A stretch of DNA of 64,000 bases from Anthoceros angustus (Eukaryota > Plantae > Anthocerotophyta), in assembly GCA_010909165.1 (NCBI GenBank), contig VJWM01000011.1, positions 1,240,001 to 1,304,000 of the forward strand. Reading direction: 5' to 3'. The notes beneath the pieces were generated by a model, which searched no databases, was not told the origin of the DNA, and worked only from the letters and a program-made list of their open reading frames with translations. Shown piece by piece: positions 1 to 13,041 of the stretch. Every line of letters begins with the position of its first letter. Position 1 is the stretch's first letter. The position numbers were made by a program, and so were the translations under genes.

Positions 1-394
1 AGGTAGGTTAGCCATCTTTAGACACTGGGAAAGTGAGCTATGGCGGCGGATGTATAAGAGACCCTTGAGTGTCTCTCTTATACAATGTGTGAGCTCCGTG
101 TGTCGAATTTGTGCGTGGTTGGTTGGAGACATCCGATCGATGATGGGCTGATTCTGTCTGTCCTCTCGTCACAAGAGGGCCGGGAGATCCTGGATGGTCG
201 AGCCGAGTGACCAAGCTCCGTCTGGGGTGACTAGTGGTGAAGGGTGCTCAATGCATGCCAGAGAGGGAAATTCTGGGGACCGGGTGAGATCGCGGTGTGC
301 GAATCACCTGTGGAGCCGACCACTGTTTTTTTTCCTTTCCCAACCCACTGCCTAACCATTGTGTCTAATCCCAAGGAGGGGTCGGGTGGCCCAG

Positions 395-520
395 GGGGTC
401 TGTGGCCCAAGGAGGGTCTGTGGCCCAAGAGAGGTCTGTGGCCCAAGGAGGGTCTGTGTGGCCCAAGGAGGGTCTGTGGCCCAAGGAGGGTCTGTGGCCC
501 AAGAGAGGTCTGGTGGCCCC
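395..520. repeat. Tandem repeat, 18-bp unit GGTCTGTGGCCCAAGGAG, about 6 copies
   Basis: Directly visible. Confidence 0.9.
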
Positions 521-877
521 GAGAGAGGAGGATCTGTGGGAACATCTTGTGCGCGGTGGTGTATGAGGTCCGAAGAAAGGGGTGAGTGAGTCGTGTGAAG
601 AGGAGTCTAGGAAGTGAGCGCGAGAGTCCGGAAAATGCGGAACGAGGAAGGTTGGGAATAAATTGTGGGGTCGAGGAAATTAGCGACGGAGTGAGGTGCC
701 GGACGTGGGGCCATGGTGCATCCACCGGAGCTCGGGTGAATCCACATGAGTGTGACTTGGTGTACATGTGAACTGTGCATAGGACCATAGCCCTGAGCGT
801 GGGGAACCGGGCGCCAAATAGTCGATCGCGATGCAGCGTGCGCGCCGGTCGGTGGGTCCCACCAGTGGGTTGATCAC

Positions 878-960
878 CACACGGTGGCGAATCCACCACG
901 GCGGTGGCGGAATCCACCAGTGGCGAAACCACGGCGGTGGCGAATCCACCACGGTGGTCG
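878..960. repeat. Imperfect tandem repeat, about 20-22 bp (ACGGCGGTGGCGAATCCACC), about 4 copies
   Basis: Directly visible. Confidence 0.8.
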
Positions 961-1189
961 AACTACTACTACCGTGGGGCTCACACGTAGTTGATTATGG
1001 TGGTAGGAACCGATTGTAGGAGGACTAGAATCCATAGTTTAGAACATCTTGACACAAAACCATTCCCTTGGGATCGAATCCTAGGACTATAACGACATAG
1101 AGGGTAAATGTGGCCTCTTTGCGTCTTCGGATGCAAAAACCCATTCCACAAGAGAAAAGGACCTACGGTCTTAGGTTGCTAGTAAGCAG

Positions 1190-2110
1190 CGTAGGTGGGC
1201 TGAGGATTGGGAAAAGGAAGAAGGGAGTACCCCTCTCTCATCTCCTCTCTTGCAACCAAGTTGGAAGGAGCCGTGGGAAAGACACGTACTCCTAAGAAAG
1301 GGAAGAGAAGAAGAAGGGAGACCATGCCGGAGAATCTGCCAAAAATTAACATGCCTATGTTGAAGTGTTTTGTGGGCCAGGTGTGCTCATAGGATCTGAT
1401 TGATTTTTGGCCATGGGGGGGTGAGGAGAACATACAACTCCAGTGGGCATATGGCCACCATTAGGCCTACAGTAATCTTGAGCTCGTAAAGGAGTGCTAT
1501 GCTAGCCTCCAACAGACTCCAAGGCAATTGGCAGCCCTTCTAGACCGGAATGCGAGGACGGACCCGAGGTGTTGGACAGTTCAGAGTATAAGGCAGGTCT
1601 ATGGGAGACCTACGGAAGAGGGGGACGGAATTTTGATAATGAAAAAGGCTAAGGATGGGAAGAAGATGGCTGCCATTTCACTTCCAGAAGGGCCACTGGC
1701 CATGTTACAAGGAGGAGAGAGTGCGAGAATGAAGAATGTCTGGCCCACCATGGCCATTAAGGAATTCAAGTGGCGAACCTTTGCCAAAGTGGTCATGGGT
1801 CTTCTTAATCATTAGCGGAAGACCTACTTCAGCGATACCTTGTTGTTTTTTGTGTGGAGAGTGTCACAGGGTGCGAAACCATATGGGGGAATATTATGTA
1901 TGATGCTTACGTCTATCACAGGGAGAAGATTTTGAAGCCCATCAGCCATTATGCGGAGTCTCCCAGGCTATGTTACTTGTGGGAAGTGGAGGGGTTGTTG
2001 AGTGCTGAGGAATTGTCAGACGCATGGGCGCCTGTCATGACACACAAGCGGGGCAGAAGAATATGCCTTAGGGACAATAGGAACGCATGTGAGTGGAATG
2101 AGGATGCATG
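1190..2110 (+). pseudogene. Degenerate accessory ORF of a Ty3/Gypsy element
   Basis: One frame (the 1207 and 1528 ORFs) broken by TAG stops. Motifs DFWPW and RTDPRCWTV recur as DFGPW and RTKRWTV at about 53270-53450, with the corresponding nucleotide block again at 55380-55570. Confidence 0.5.
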
Positions 2111-2367
2111 AGTAGGTGATACACATGATGAGGTGCATGGTCATGTAGCAACCGTATAGCGATCGTATAGATACGATATTATTGTTGTATAGTGATCGTA
2201 TAGCGATAGTATAAACACCGCCTAATGACACAACTACACCGTAATCACTATCAAGGCACATCATTGTGACCTGCAAAATTTCGCAGTGGCCAACAAACGT
2301 TGCACTTGAGAATCACAGGCACCACCTTTCCCGTCTGAGGTAGTGAATGGTGCATCAGAAGACTGGG

Positions 2368-2694
2368 TTCCTTCATTTGCCGAGCCTGTATGACCATGTC
2401 ATTGGCGAAATCCTTCTGAAGTTGCCTGAAAAGCAAGACCCTTGCACAATGTGAGTCCTGGCTGCCAGACTGCACAAAAATCGTGAAACAAAGGTGCAAC
2501 ACGCAGCCGCATGAACACCGGTGTCACTTCAAGATGTTGTGTGTGTGAGCGTCCAATTTCCTTCATTTGCCGAGCTTGTATGAGCATCCCATTTGCGAAA
2601 TCCTTCTGAAGTTGCCTGAAAAGCAAGGCACTTGCATTCAGTTAGTCCTGGCTGCCTGACTGAACAAAAAACGTGAAACAAAGGTGCAACACGC
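2368..2694. repeat. Direct duplication of about 137 bp (2368-2504 and 2558-2694)
   Basis: TTCCTTCATTTGCCGAGC...AAGGTGCAACACGC occurs twice. Confidence 0.85.
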
Positions 2695-3394
2695 TACACG
2701 CCGCACCATCACCTAATATGCTCAGTGCACAAAAAGCGTTACAGTTCGTCCTCACATGTCCCGTCTCCTAAGACACACAGGGTCACTCACTCTGAGCGGG
2801 CACAGATGCAGCATGAGGAACAGGGTGTTGGATGTCGGCCCGGCGGTAGAGCCGTGGATGCGATTCAAATGACTATCATCTTCGGTGAAAGTCCCATACA
2901 TCCAAGCGCAAGCATAGCATGTTAGTAGTACTCAACACACCAAACGTAGGGACTGCTCCCACATCCTGTCCTTCCTACATACGATTAGCAACATGTCTAA
3001 GCGGAGGATTTGCATTGGGCGTGACGCGGCCATACTTGCAAACAAAAGTTCCTGTATGTATGTGTTGCCCGCCTGTTTCACATGTATGTGTGCTGATACG
3101 ATGGAAACCCTAAAACCCTTAACAAGAAAAGATCTGTATGACACCATTGGAACACCAGGCCGATGAACGTGTGATAGAATGTTTTTTTCCCGCGTACGAA
3201 CCTCTGGAATCCATAGAACGAGCCGTAGAACACAGTCTTGAAGCAACAAAACAAACCAAAAAGCCAACACTTGTGCGTAGATAACTACATGTGTGAATTG
3301 TATGCTATATGATGCATGGTATTTATGAAGCGCTCGGCGCACTGCAGAAAGTCAAGAGAGAAAAACAAGACCATTAAAGCGAGGACGGCGCAAA

Positions 3395-4953
3395 CGAAGC
3401 AAATGTGTTTTCATGCGATAGGAGTATGATTACCTGGGTCACATTATCAGCGCAACAGGTATTAGGATGGACCCTCGCAAAGTTGAAGCAGTGGTCGACT
3501 GGCCCTTACCCTAGGATGATATCACCCAACTTCGGGGATTCTTGGGCATGGCCGGTTTCTACCACCATTTTATCCAAGGTTTTAGCAAGACTGTTGTACC
3601 CCTGACCAATGCCCTTAGACACTCGGTGCACAAACCCCTCCAGCTGGGACCTGAGGCAATCAAGGCTTTTGAGGCCTTGAAGCAAGCCCTCAGCACTGCC
3701 CTAGTATTGGCCATGGCAGACACTCATGCACCATATGTCCTGCACACAGATGCATCGGACTTTGCTATCGGAGCAGTTTTATCGCAACATGGCCGAGTTA
3801 TCGCATATGAATCCAGAAAGTTACAAGGTGCACAGCTAAATTATGACAAGGAAATGCTTGCCATTACGCATGCCCTGAAGGCATGGAAGCATTACCTCTG
3901 GGTCAAAAGGTGTTATGCCACACTGATCATCATTCCTTGCAGCACTTCTTCTCCCAGCCAAACCTGAATGCCAGACAGCTAGTGCCAGTGGGCTGAATAT
4001 CTGGCTGACTTTGACCTGAAGATCAAGTATATGTCCAGCCAATCCAACGTGGTCACATATGCCTTGAGTAGGCCGGCTGCACCTCCATGACAACATGGTC
4101 TCACCACCCCAGTGCAGGCAAAATCCCCAGTGAAGTTGTTGAAATTATACCAAAGACAACCGCGGATGCAACCGGAATTCCCAGCACTTACCCAGTAGTA
4201 TTCCCTCAAAGATGCTTGTGTATATCGCAAGGGACGATTAATCATCCCTTCACAGCTCATTGAGGTAAAGAAGTCCATCTTGCATGACATGCATGATTCA
4301 CCAATATAAAGCCACCTGGGCATCGACAAAACGTATGCCAAGGTCCGAGAGCACTTCTACTGGGAAGGTATGCGTGTACCCCCACCACCGGGCTTATGGC
4401 CCAACAGCCAAGAACGGTGGCATAGTGCGGCTGAACTAGCATAGGACATATGGCACGAAGTACGAATGGCCCGACAGAAGCTCCAGGTGGTACAAGACCG
4501 GCAAACGACATCGCCGAGACATCAGCTACGATATTGGCCAACTTGTTTGGCTCCGCATCAAGCCTCACAGGTATCCAGCCTTGATTTAGAAATGAGACAA
4601 CCTCACTTACCGTTTTGCAGGCCCCTTCCGCGTTGTGAAACACATCAACAAGGTCGCATACCAGTTGGACCTGCCCTCAGACTGGTGCCTCTGCAGGACA
4701 TTTCATGTGTCCATGCTCAAGCCGGTGATAAGCCGCCGTGCTGACCTTGCCTCACTGACAACAGACTCCTGCAACGAACTACCCTCAGCGACATCCTTGA
4801 CAGAAACACATCCGGGGCTTCCTAGTTGCATGGGAGGGCGAATCCGACTCAGCGGCGACATGGGAACCAGAAGATTTTTGCTTGCAATTTCCCCATCTGT
4901 GTGCGCATATCCAAGATGGCCAGGAGGACCTGGCCATAGCTAGTGGGGGAGAA
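3395..4953 (+). mobile_element. Degenerate chromovirus-type Ty3/Gypsy pol fragment (RT thumb, RNase H, deleted integrase, chromodomain) with PPT
   Basis: YLGHII, GFLGMAGFY, LHTDASDFAIGAVLSQ, DKEMLAI, HLGIDKTY..VREHFYW, GPFRVVKHINKVAYQLDLP..FHVSMLKP, chromodomain FLVAWEGESDSAATWEPE. Purine tract GGGGGAGAA at 4945-4953. Confidence 0.9.
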
Positions 4954-5468
4954 TGAAACAAGCGAGGATGAACAGGCCACTCGCATCATCAACAAGGAAC
5001 AACCTCAGAGCCGAAACCGCCATAGCCATATACGGCCAGGAAGCGGGAACCCTACGCGGTATCTGTACTTACGATCGTATAAGCAATCACTTAATAAATA
5101 CAGCTAAATAGACTAATTATGGAAAATAGGCTAGTTACGAAAAATAGGCTAATTACAAAAATAGGCTAATTATGGGTAAATAGAATAATTACCCATTTAT
5201 TAAATGCAAGAAGTGTAAAACGAGATTGACCCCAACTAACCATAGTAAACGCGAACGACTAGGATAGAAGACCAAAAATGAACGGTTAAATGGGCATAAG
5301 TGGGTTCTTGGCCTGCTCCCATGCCATGTATATGTACCATAGACCACGAAAACCAAAGCGTCCATTTTCCCTGAAGCTGAAAACGGAGCCGCGTTGCAGC
5401 ATCCACAAACTCTTCATTCCGTCAGCACACTTGAGCTAACCAGTGCCCATGTGAGATTAGCGGTGACA
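4954..5468 (+). mobile_element. Probable 3' LTR of the chromovirus (right end uncertain)
   Basis: TG immediately after the PPT; internal AAATAGGCTAATTA repeats; candidate end GTGACA. Confidence 0.45.
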
Positions 5469-8399
5469 AGAAAAGTGAGGCCAAATTGCTCGCAAAATAC
5501 TTGGCCAATTGTAACTGTCTTGGTATCATCTGATCGAGCTTAACAAGAGGAACATAATGGTACTAAACATGTATTTTTTTGAGTCAATATAACGATGGAA
5601 CGTGGGCCTTGAGTTTTTCTGCAACTTCAGAGATCAAGATCAATTTCTCACCAAGTACTCAACCAATTGTAACTATTTTGATACCATCTTGCAGCGCTAA
5701 ACAAGAAGAACACAATCATACCTTGCTTGTTATTTTTGAAGCACTATAACGACGTTTACATGTGAAAGAAGGAGCTAAGAGGTAGGTACTAGTCTCTAAA
5801 TTTGAAACTTTGTACATGTGTATCATGTCACATTTTCTTCGAGTGAACAATCCAGTGCTGTGTATTGAAAGAAATGTTGGAGCATAACTACAAGTGTAGA
5901 GGCTTCTCAAAACAGGGTACTAGCTCTCAAGTGTGCATAGTTGGTTTGACACAAGAGTTGAAGAAACTACAATGCTCTCCAAGTGGTTTTTATAGCAACA
6001 GATTTTGTGAACACACATAATTGGATAAGCATTGAGCAGGGCCTCATGTAGTCGAGCTGTGCAGGTTGTGGAGTGTGTGCCTCCAAGCACCTCCAAAAAT
6101 GGCAGAATGATGTGCAAACCTATATAGAGAAGGAATATTGGGGAGGCAGTGAAGTGTTTAACAGATCTGGATCTGGTTACGATTATTTCACCACACCTTA
6201 GAGCAAGCTGGAGCTACCTCCATCAAGTGGAAGTGGGCAGCAACGAGGCCTGACCTCTTTCTCATAAATCTTTGCAGTGAGCCTGCAGAGTGGCACACAA
6301 ATGCTACAGCTCCTATTTCTTTTGAAGTTGAACTCTAGAGTTGGAGTGGATCTTAAGCTGGACATGGTGTTTTGGGTCTAGGCATGCAGCCAGCACTAAT
6401 TAATGACGGACTTAGAAGACGCATAAGCAAGTCTGGTAGATCAGTTGCAGGCCAGTGAAGGATGCACGCGACGTGGTGCTTTGATCCTTGATGGAGTGCG
6501 TTTAATTGAAAGTTTTAGATCATATCTGGTGGGAAGGCAACCTCAAGCATCTTTGAACCAGCATGATCCCTTGTGCCTGCTATTGAAAATGGCAGTGGTG
6601 GTTTTCCTTGGTCTAATGAAAGACCATTTGACAATGTGGAGTTCTAATACAATTGCAGGCGATCTGGACATTTTGTGAGCCGAGGTGCTTGGGTATCAGC
6701 CTCTCGAGCATGGTTTTAGCAGGAAGGTTGTGACTATGGGGACCATTGGATGAATACTACATACTGCTAAAGCTTGAGAGTGCACATGTTGAGGGAATAT
6801 GATTTTACAAAGGCAAAGCTAAACAAGCCAGATAAGTATATACTGTGAGTAAGGCTTGAAGTGAAGTGGTCGGTGTTGTGGATACAAGGCTGTGCAAACA
6901 CAAATGGCAAGACCTAACCTTTCGAAGGCTGGTGTACATCAACGCAAAATCTTAATTAAGTGCACGGTTGCAACCAGTACATTTGAACATGTTTTGCTTG
7001 GTTGTGAAGTGTCATGTCGTGTGGGGCATGCTGTTCACAATTGCTAAATTATTCTTTTAGTATATTGCTCACAATTGCTAATATTCATAAATACAGCATT
7101 GATGTGGATCCAGCTGTCTAACAAAGTGACCTTGTAATTCGAATGCATGACAACTAGTACGGGAGGCAAACCATAGTAGGAGCTTGTTGAGGCCAATCTT
7201 GTTTACAAAATTGGAGAAGTCATTTTATCATATGAGAAGCACTACTTTATTACAAGACATTTGAACCTAGTCCTCAGCGTATAATGTTGTTCGACAATAA
7301 AGCAGACATATCATTTAGCGCAAGACTGTTTTTGTGAATATTGACCAGCGTCATTTAGCGCAAGGCTATTTGTGTGAATATTGAGCAACAGCTCTCTAGA
7401 ATTATTATTTTTTAAGACAAGCAAAGTGTGCGGAAGTGGATCTTGCTTTGGACAAGCCCGATGTGATGCGAGATTCGATTAGGCACTTTGATCAAACTTG
7501 GGACGCTTTGGTATTCATGCAATTTGTAAGCAAGCTAGTGAAGTTTGCGTAGGAAGCCAATTGAGGATACCAAACAGGACTTCAATGCACTTTTGGAAAT
7601 TCCGGAAGGTGGCCAAGGTAAGGGAAGCTCGCCGAGGTATGTGAGGAATTCACAAGGTTGTTGCGAGGAAAATAATTATCCATGCTGAAATATTTTTGGA
7701 TATATTCATAGAATTTCATCTAGAATAAAAAATTTTAGAAGATAAACAAATTAAAAATTGAAACCTTCCCCTCAAGGAGGCAGAAGAGAAATTCATGCGA
7801 GTTTTAAAATAAGTTCATGTGAGATTTTGAAGCTTTGAGCAGGGAAGAACAGTGCTATATATATACATACATACATACATACATATTGGTTTAATTATAA
7901 ATCATTCTAATTTTATTATTGACAATATTATGAGTTGCACTAGTGAAATATAGAAATTATCACTAATTTGATAATTTTATTAATAAAACAATTCAACTTG
8001 ACAAATCGATCATTAAAGAGGGGAAGAGTGACACCTTCTGCTAATAAACTAAAGGAAATGCTAATAAACTAAAGCAGTGACTACCATGATAAAAATTCGA
8101 ATGTAGTAGAAATTAAAAAGCAAATAGATAAAACAATTAAATATAGAGCTAGATATAGAGCAAGAAGAAAACTACTCAATAGGTTAGGAAAAGAGTGAAT
8201 GATTTGATTTGCAATGATGTCAACTTAGATGATGTGAATAATCGAGAAGAGATAGGATCAAAAGGATGATAGAAATAACACAATCTCATCCATAAATGAG
8301 CTGAAACGAACGTGTTCAATTAGAGGCCTAGAAATTGTAGAGAAAGAACCAGAGCAAGCTGTAGTTACTTTCAATGAGAAACATTTAGTTACAGAAAAG

Positions 8400-8610
8400 A
8401 TGGAAAAGAAGACTTCATTATAAAAAAGAGATGGGAAAAAACCCATCCACCCAAAAACAAAGGGGGAAAAAGCCAACGAAGGGCACAATGCCAGGGGGAC
8501 TAGCCCCCACGATCACGCATTTCCAAACTACCAACCGCCTGAAGAACTTCGTGGTCAGGGATGTGAAAAGGCCTACTTACCACCGGTGTCGAAGCCGCAT
8601 CTCCCCGTCG
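8400..8610 (-). repeat. Dispersed repeat of about 200 bp, also at 48527-48716 and 50243-50425
   Basis: AAAACCCATCCACCCAAAA...CTAGCCCCCACGATCACGCATTT...GGGATGTGAAAAGGCCTACTTACCACCGGTGTC is shared by three loci. Confidence 0.85.
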
Positions 8611-8793
8611 TTTCTATATCTGCGTTAGCGCCTCTGCTGAAAGGGAGGTAGAGGTATAGTATATCTACTATAGAAAACTGAAAAATTTGTTGGAAATTCT
8701 AAATCAAATGTATCAATTAAACAACTAATGTATATGCTACATGTATTAAAGATGCAAGAACACGAAGATTAGAAATGAGATTTCCTTCATCCA

Positions 8794-9935
8794 ATACCGA
8801 ATGCGGCTTAGTAAACGAAGACCATTACATTGACCCCAGGGCTGAATGGAGGAACTTCAACGATGGTGAACACGGTTCTTGAACGCGTGGGATTCCTACT
8901 AATGATGTGCTCGAAATGGAGGACATTTAACAACTTGCTTAGATATTAGGGGCACAAGTGCCGAGGCTAAACACTTCAAAATTAGCTATGAGGTCATCAA
9001 AAGTTTGATCGCGATCCTCACAAAGGCTTGAAGCGTGGTGCTAATCTTATTGAAACACTTGCCGGAAATTTGCAATTGACAACCAACATTCAACATTTGG
9101 CATTGAGTTTTCAAAATTGAACAACAAGGGATCAAGTCAATTTGTGCGTGTTTCTTTACTTTATTCTGTCAAAGCGAGAAAAGGCTCCTCGAGTTTTCAA
9201 GAAATTAGCCAATACTCCCATAGCAATATAAGAAAGGAGGATGTTGGACGGTTGGCAAAACAATTGGAAAGGACCTTAAAAGCGGATCTAGAGAAAGAAA
9301 AAGGGTCGACCTAAGTGCGGCACGAGGCCCGGCATGGGCAACGCACAAGCACAAGCACAAGCACAAGCACAGCCCAACCAGGCACAAGCCTTGGCCCTAG
9401 CGGAGGCACAGCGAGGCGCAGAGCGGCGAGCGGGTGAGCGAGCGGAACAGGCAGCACAGTACAAGCACAAGCACAAGCACAAGGAAAGGACTGCAGCGCA
9501 GTGAACCAGACACAACCGAAAGATGAGCACCTGGCACGCACGATCACAAGAACATATTCCATGATCAAAGCAAGGAGCTTCAAGATTCAGCTCCTCAAAA
9601 CATGAAACAATATGATGATATGCTGAAATTTAGCTTATGGGTTTGTACAAAGTTGAACATGAATTCGACACTACAAAAGCGGCGAATGAAGCTTTGCTAT
9701 TATCTTGCATAACCTTGACATACGAAAAAGCCACAAAACATTACAGATGCGATTATCTATATGATATCGCAAGTTTCGAGGAGCGACTTAATCGGAAAGA
9801 TATTCGAGGCGTCGGTATGCGAGATACCACAATTAGAAGTACTTACAAGCATTTATACCGCATGCATCTAAGATAATTCCACCATGGATTTGGAAGAAGA
9901 TGAATTATCACTTGGAGAACTTGTCTTCTACTTAG
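8794..9935 (+). pseudogene. TFIIB-like gene copy, 5'-truncated and frameshifted; inverted paralog of 32289-33559
   Basis: Colinear with the reverse complement of 32196-33458, including about 90 bp of 3' flank (to about 10027). Starts at [21 protein letters not shown]. Many 1-5 bp deletions. Confidence 0.85.
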
Positions 9936-11032
9936 ATTATGTTTAAGGTTCATTAGTTAGAATTCATTTAGATTTGTTGGTTATATTCATTAGGTCACCC
10001 TTATAAAGTTTCATGGACTCGAAGTATAACTGTCTGACTCTCGATGGCAAGTATGACCGTACTGACTCTCGATGGCAAGTATTATAGCTGTTGTGTCTTA
10101 TACACGACGCACCTTCCAGACTTACGGAGCTAATAAGCCATGGTAAAGATGCTGGAGCAAGAACTGTGTGTGTATGAATGCAGTTGGTCGAGCCCCTTTC
10201 AACCAGGGCGTACACTTAGCAATTGTTCAGGGACTCAAGCATCCCAATACTCATGCTAGCCCTAAGTGACCACTCACCCTTGCACATGTTCTCACCCGGC
10301 CAAGATGTGTAGTCAAGACTCTAGAGCTTACAATGAGCATCAAGAAACTACATCTTACAATGACTAGGAGGGCATCAACCATGTATTGCTCAATGCCTCC
10401 GTTACAAGATGGTGAGGCTGCTTTATGTAGTAGGACCTCTCGCCCAAATATAGGATGGTCTTAATTTGATGAGGTGCCCTTCAAATTTTGGACCCCTAAT
10501 TCTCTATGTAACGTTAATACATGACTCTACATGCCATGCTTAGCAAATCAAAAATCAAATTGATTGATATCGCTTTCATCGCTTCCCAATAATCTTACAC
10601 AAAGTCCATCATGGCTAAAACTAGCACACGCCACATGGTAAGAATTTTTCGATGTCATACACATATCCAAAACAGAGATCACATTGGACCGACAACCTCG
10701 CAACTCTAATAGGAATGTATAAAATACATATTTCAGTTCTTCCAAATGAGCATAATCCTAACGTCTTGGTAAAATAAGATGAAAAACTAAAAAGAAAAGC
10801 CAATTAGTGTATGTTAAGAAGATGCATATGTTGCATGCTTCATGCAATCTCCTAGTAGAGAGGAATTGCTGCAGCTACCAATGAAAGGCAAAGGCAAACG
10901 CAAAGGCAACTCTCATGTTCTCTTCTAGCTTGTTGAGTTGTAGTGCCCTATCTTCCCATTCAAGCTTTGCAGCTATGATTTCACTGGTGATGCCAAATCC
11001 TGTCTGATTGAGAATCAACGTTCTCAATTAGA

Positions 11033-11385
11033 TGACCACATTCTTTCTTCTGTCTTCCTTGAATTAGTTGATTAGATAACCACATTCTTTCTTTTGTCTT
11101 CCTTGAATTAGATTGATTAGATAACCACATTCTTTCTTTTGTCTTCCTTGAATTAAATTGATTAGATAACCATATTCTTTCTTTTGTTTTCCTTGAATTA
11201 GATTGATTAGATAACCACATTCTTTCTTTTGTCTTTCTTGAATTAGATTGATTAGATAACCACATTCTTTCTTTTGTCTTTCTTGAATTAGATTGATTAG
11301 ATAACCACATTCTTTCTTTTGTCTTTCTTGAATTAGATTGATTAGATAACCACATTCTTTCTTTTGTCTTCCTTGAATTAGATTG
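11033..11385. repeat. Minisatellite, 45-bp unit, about 8 copies
   Basis: CCACATTCTTTCTTTTGTCTTCCTTGAATTAGATTGATTAGATAA repeated. Confidence 0.95.
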
Positions 11386-11949
11386 AGAATTCTTACGAGT
11401 TCGTAGAATAATGAGGATCTATAATTTGCTTATCTTTTTTTTTTTTAATCAACTAGTGAATGTCCTTGACATTCCCATCCTGTTGTTATCAAAACATTTT
11501 TCTCTATTACGGATAATTACTTTTTTCCCAATTTATTTTCTCTATTACGGATAATTTCTTTTTCCCCAATCAGCCTGACATCTTATGGCCAAGTTGGAAA
11601 TGATTGTTTGGTTGCTTTGAATTTTAATTGTTCAGGGTACATTTTGCATAGTTTCATCAATCTTGCTTTAGGAATTGCTTGACACACCTCATCAAGATCA
11701 CAATAGACATATCTTCTCAGTGACACTAAATACCCTGCAGCTAACATAGCTTCTAGTCCAGATGAAATTTGAGCAACTCTACCGATATCAGGCTATACAC
11801 ATATACACTCATTTTCTCTTTTCTCCAATTCATTGAATATCTTAGTCAATGATTATTATATTCTTATCTCTAACTTATTACTAACAACCTCAACATTTAA
11901 ACACTCTTTGATAAATTTCATACATTTGTTCTACAATAGATAACTTTTG

Positions 11950-12500
11950 GCAGTTATCTATTCTTCCCATTCTAGCTTTGCAGCTATGATTTCACTGGTG
12001 ATGCCAAATCCTGAAGTGGCAGCTTTAACCTGAGAAGGCACCCTAGTCGGAGCACCATACACTAAAAATCCAAAGGGGACACCTCTTTGACTGCCTTTGT
12101 CTGTGTCCTCATAGCCGATAGTGCACCAGTCAAATGAGAGTCCCACCTTTACGGCTCCCATTCACACATTTTGGCCAACACAGGAATGACTACTTTTATC
12201 GTGCTTTCTGCTTGCGGATGGTATGGTGTGGCAAGCCTGTGCTTGATTGAGTAACACTGACTAAGATGGTAGTGCTTGAGCCTCAATCCATGTGGGGGCA
12301 TAATGTGTGGGTGTGATGTACTTGTTCTTGTGAAGGGTGACAGGAGCAATGGGACCAATACAATCCAAGCCCCATTTGACAAAATAACTCCCATGGGAAG
12401 TGGGAAGATACAAGTATGCGAATGTTCCTTAACCAGCTATGGCATTGTTCACTAGAGACACGTACGTCTTGAAACATGTTTGGCCAATAATACCCTAATA
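11950..12500 (-). mobile_element. Ty3/Gypsy integrase remnant
   Basis: LGYYWPNMFQDV, IKHRLATPYHPQAE. A related piece lies at 34726-34872 (+), and 11958-12012 is duplicated at about 10948-11003. Confidence 0.8.
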
Positions 12501-13041
12501 AAATTAATTGTATAAAATTTTGAGACATAAAGTAAAAAATAACGGTCATATAATAATAATTTCCTATGCGAGGCCCTAGACAGCTGGGAAGCCAGCACTG
12601 GTTGTTCTTTATTGGCTAATAAAAGGTATTACTATAAGATTATTTTTAGCTCTTTCATGTAGCGTTCCGGTGTTCTATAGACTGCTTCAAATGCTCTTGA
12701 AACATGAACGCGATGAACTTGACGGATTTGATGCTTAGTCAGCCGAACACAGCACGCGCACGTCGTAGAAGCCGTGGACCCGTTCGTCTAACAGTGCAGC
12801 AAGCCTGGGACTTGAAACCAATCTAGCCTCCAACTTGAAGCCGAGGCGAAGGGCCCAGCCTGTACCCCAAAAATGTGCCTGTACAGCTCCTAGTGGTATG
12901 TATTTCTAGGAGCCAAGCTTGGCTCAGCTTGCAGGGCAAGGGTGGTTTGCGCAGGACCCTGCTGTTACAGAAGTCACACAACGGCTACCGACTGGCACCG
13001 GTGGTGTAGGAGTTCGGGGAGTTCGCATTTGAGCCGAAGGA

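Larger units (their letters stand above)
1..1097 (+). mobile_element. Probable 3' part of a Ty3/Gypsy LTR
   Basis: Ends in CATTCCCTTGGGATCGAATCCTAGGACTATAACGACA, which resembles CATTCCCTTGGGAACGGACTCCATACCACAACGACA at about 58840-58875 near the end of the LTR that precedes the PBS at 58919. No credible ORF. Confidence 0.5.

Noticed and set aside
3105-3120. AAACCCTA telomere-like motifs here and at about 41488
   Set aside because: Only one or two units; common telo-box, not a telomeric array.
5521-5530. TGGTATCA as a tRNA-Met primer binding site
   Set aside because: The match stops at 8 nt, lies within a local duplication, and no gag follows.
5500-7700. Coding-like degenerate DNA with a duplicated segment and a YNCRRSGHF snippet
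   Set aside because: No family could be recognised; left unannotated.
11033-11385. CRISPR-like array
   Set aside because: Head-to-tail units with no unique spacers, no cas genes, eukaryotic context.
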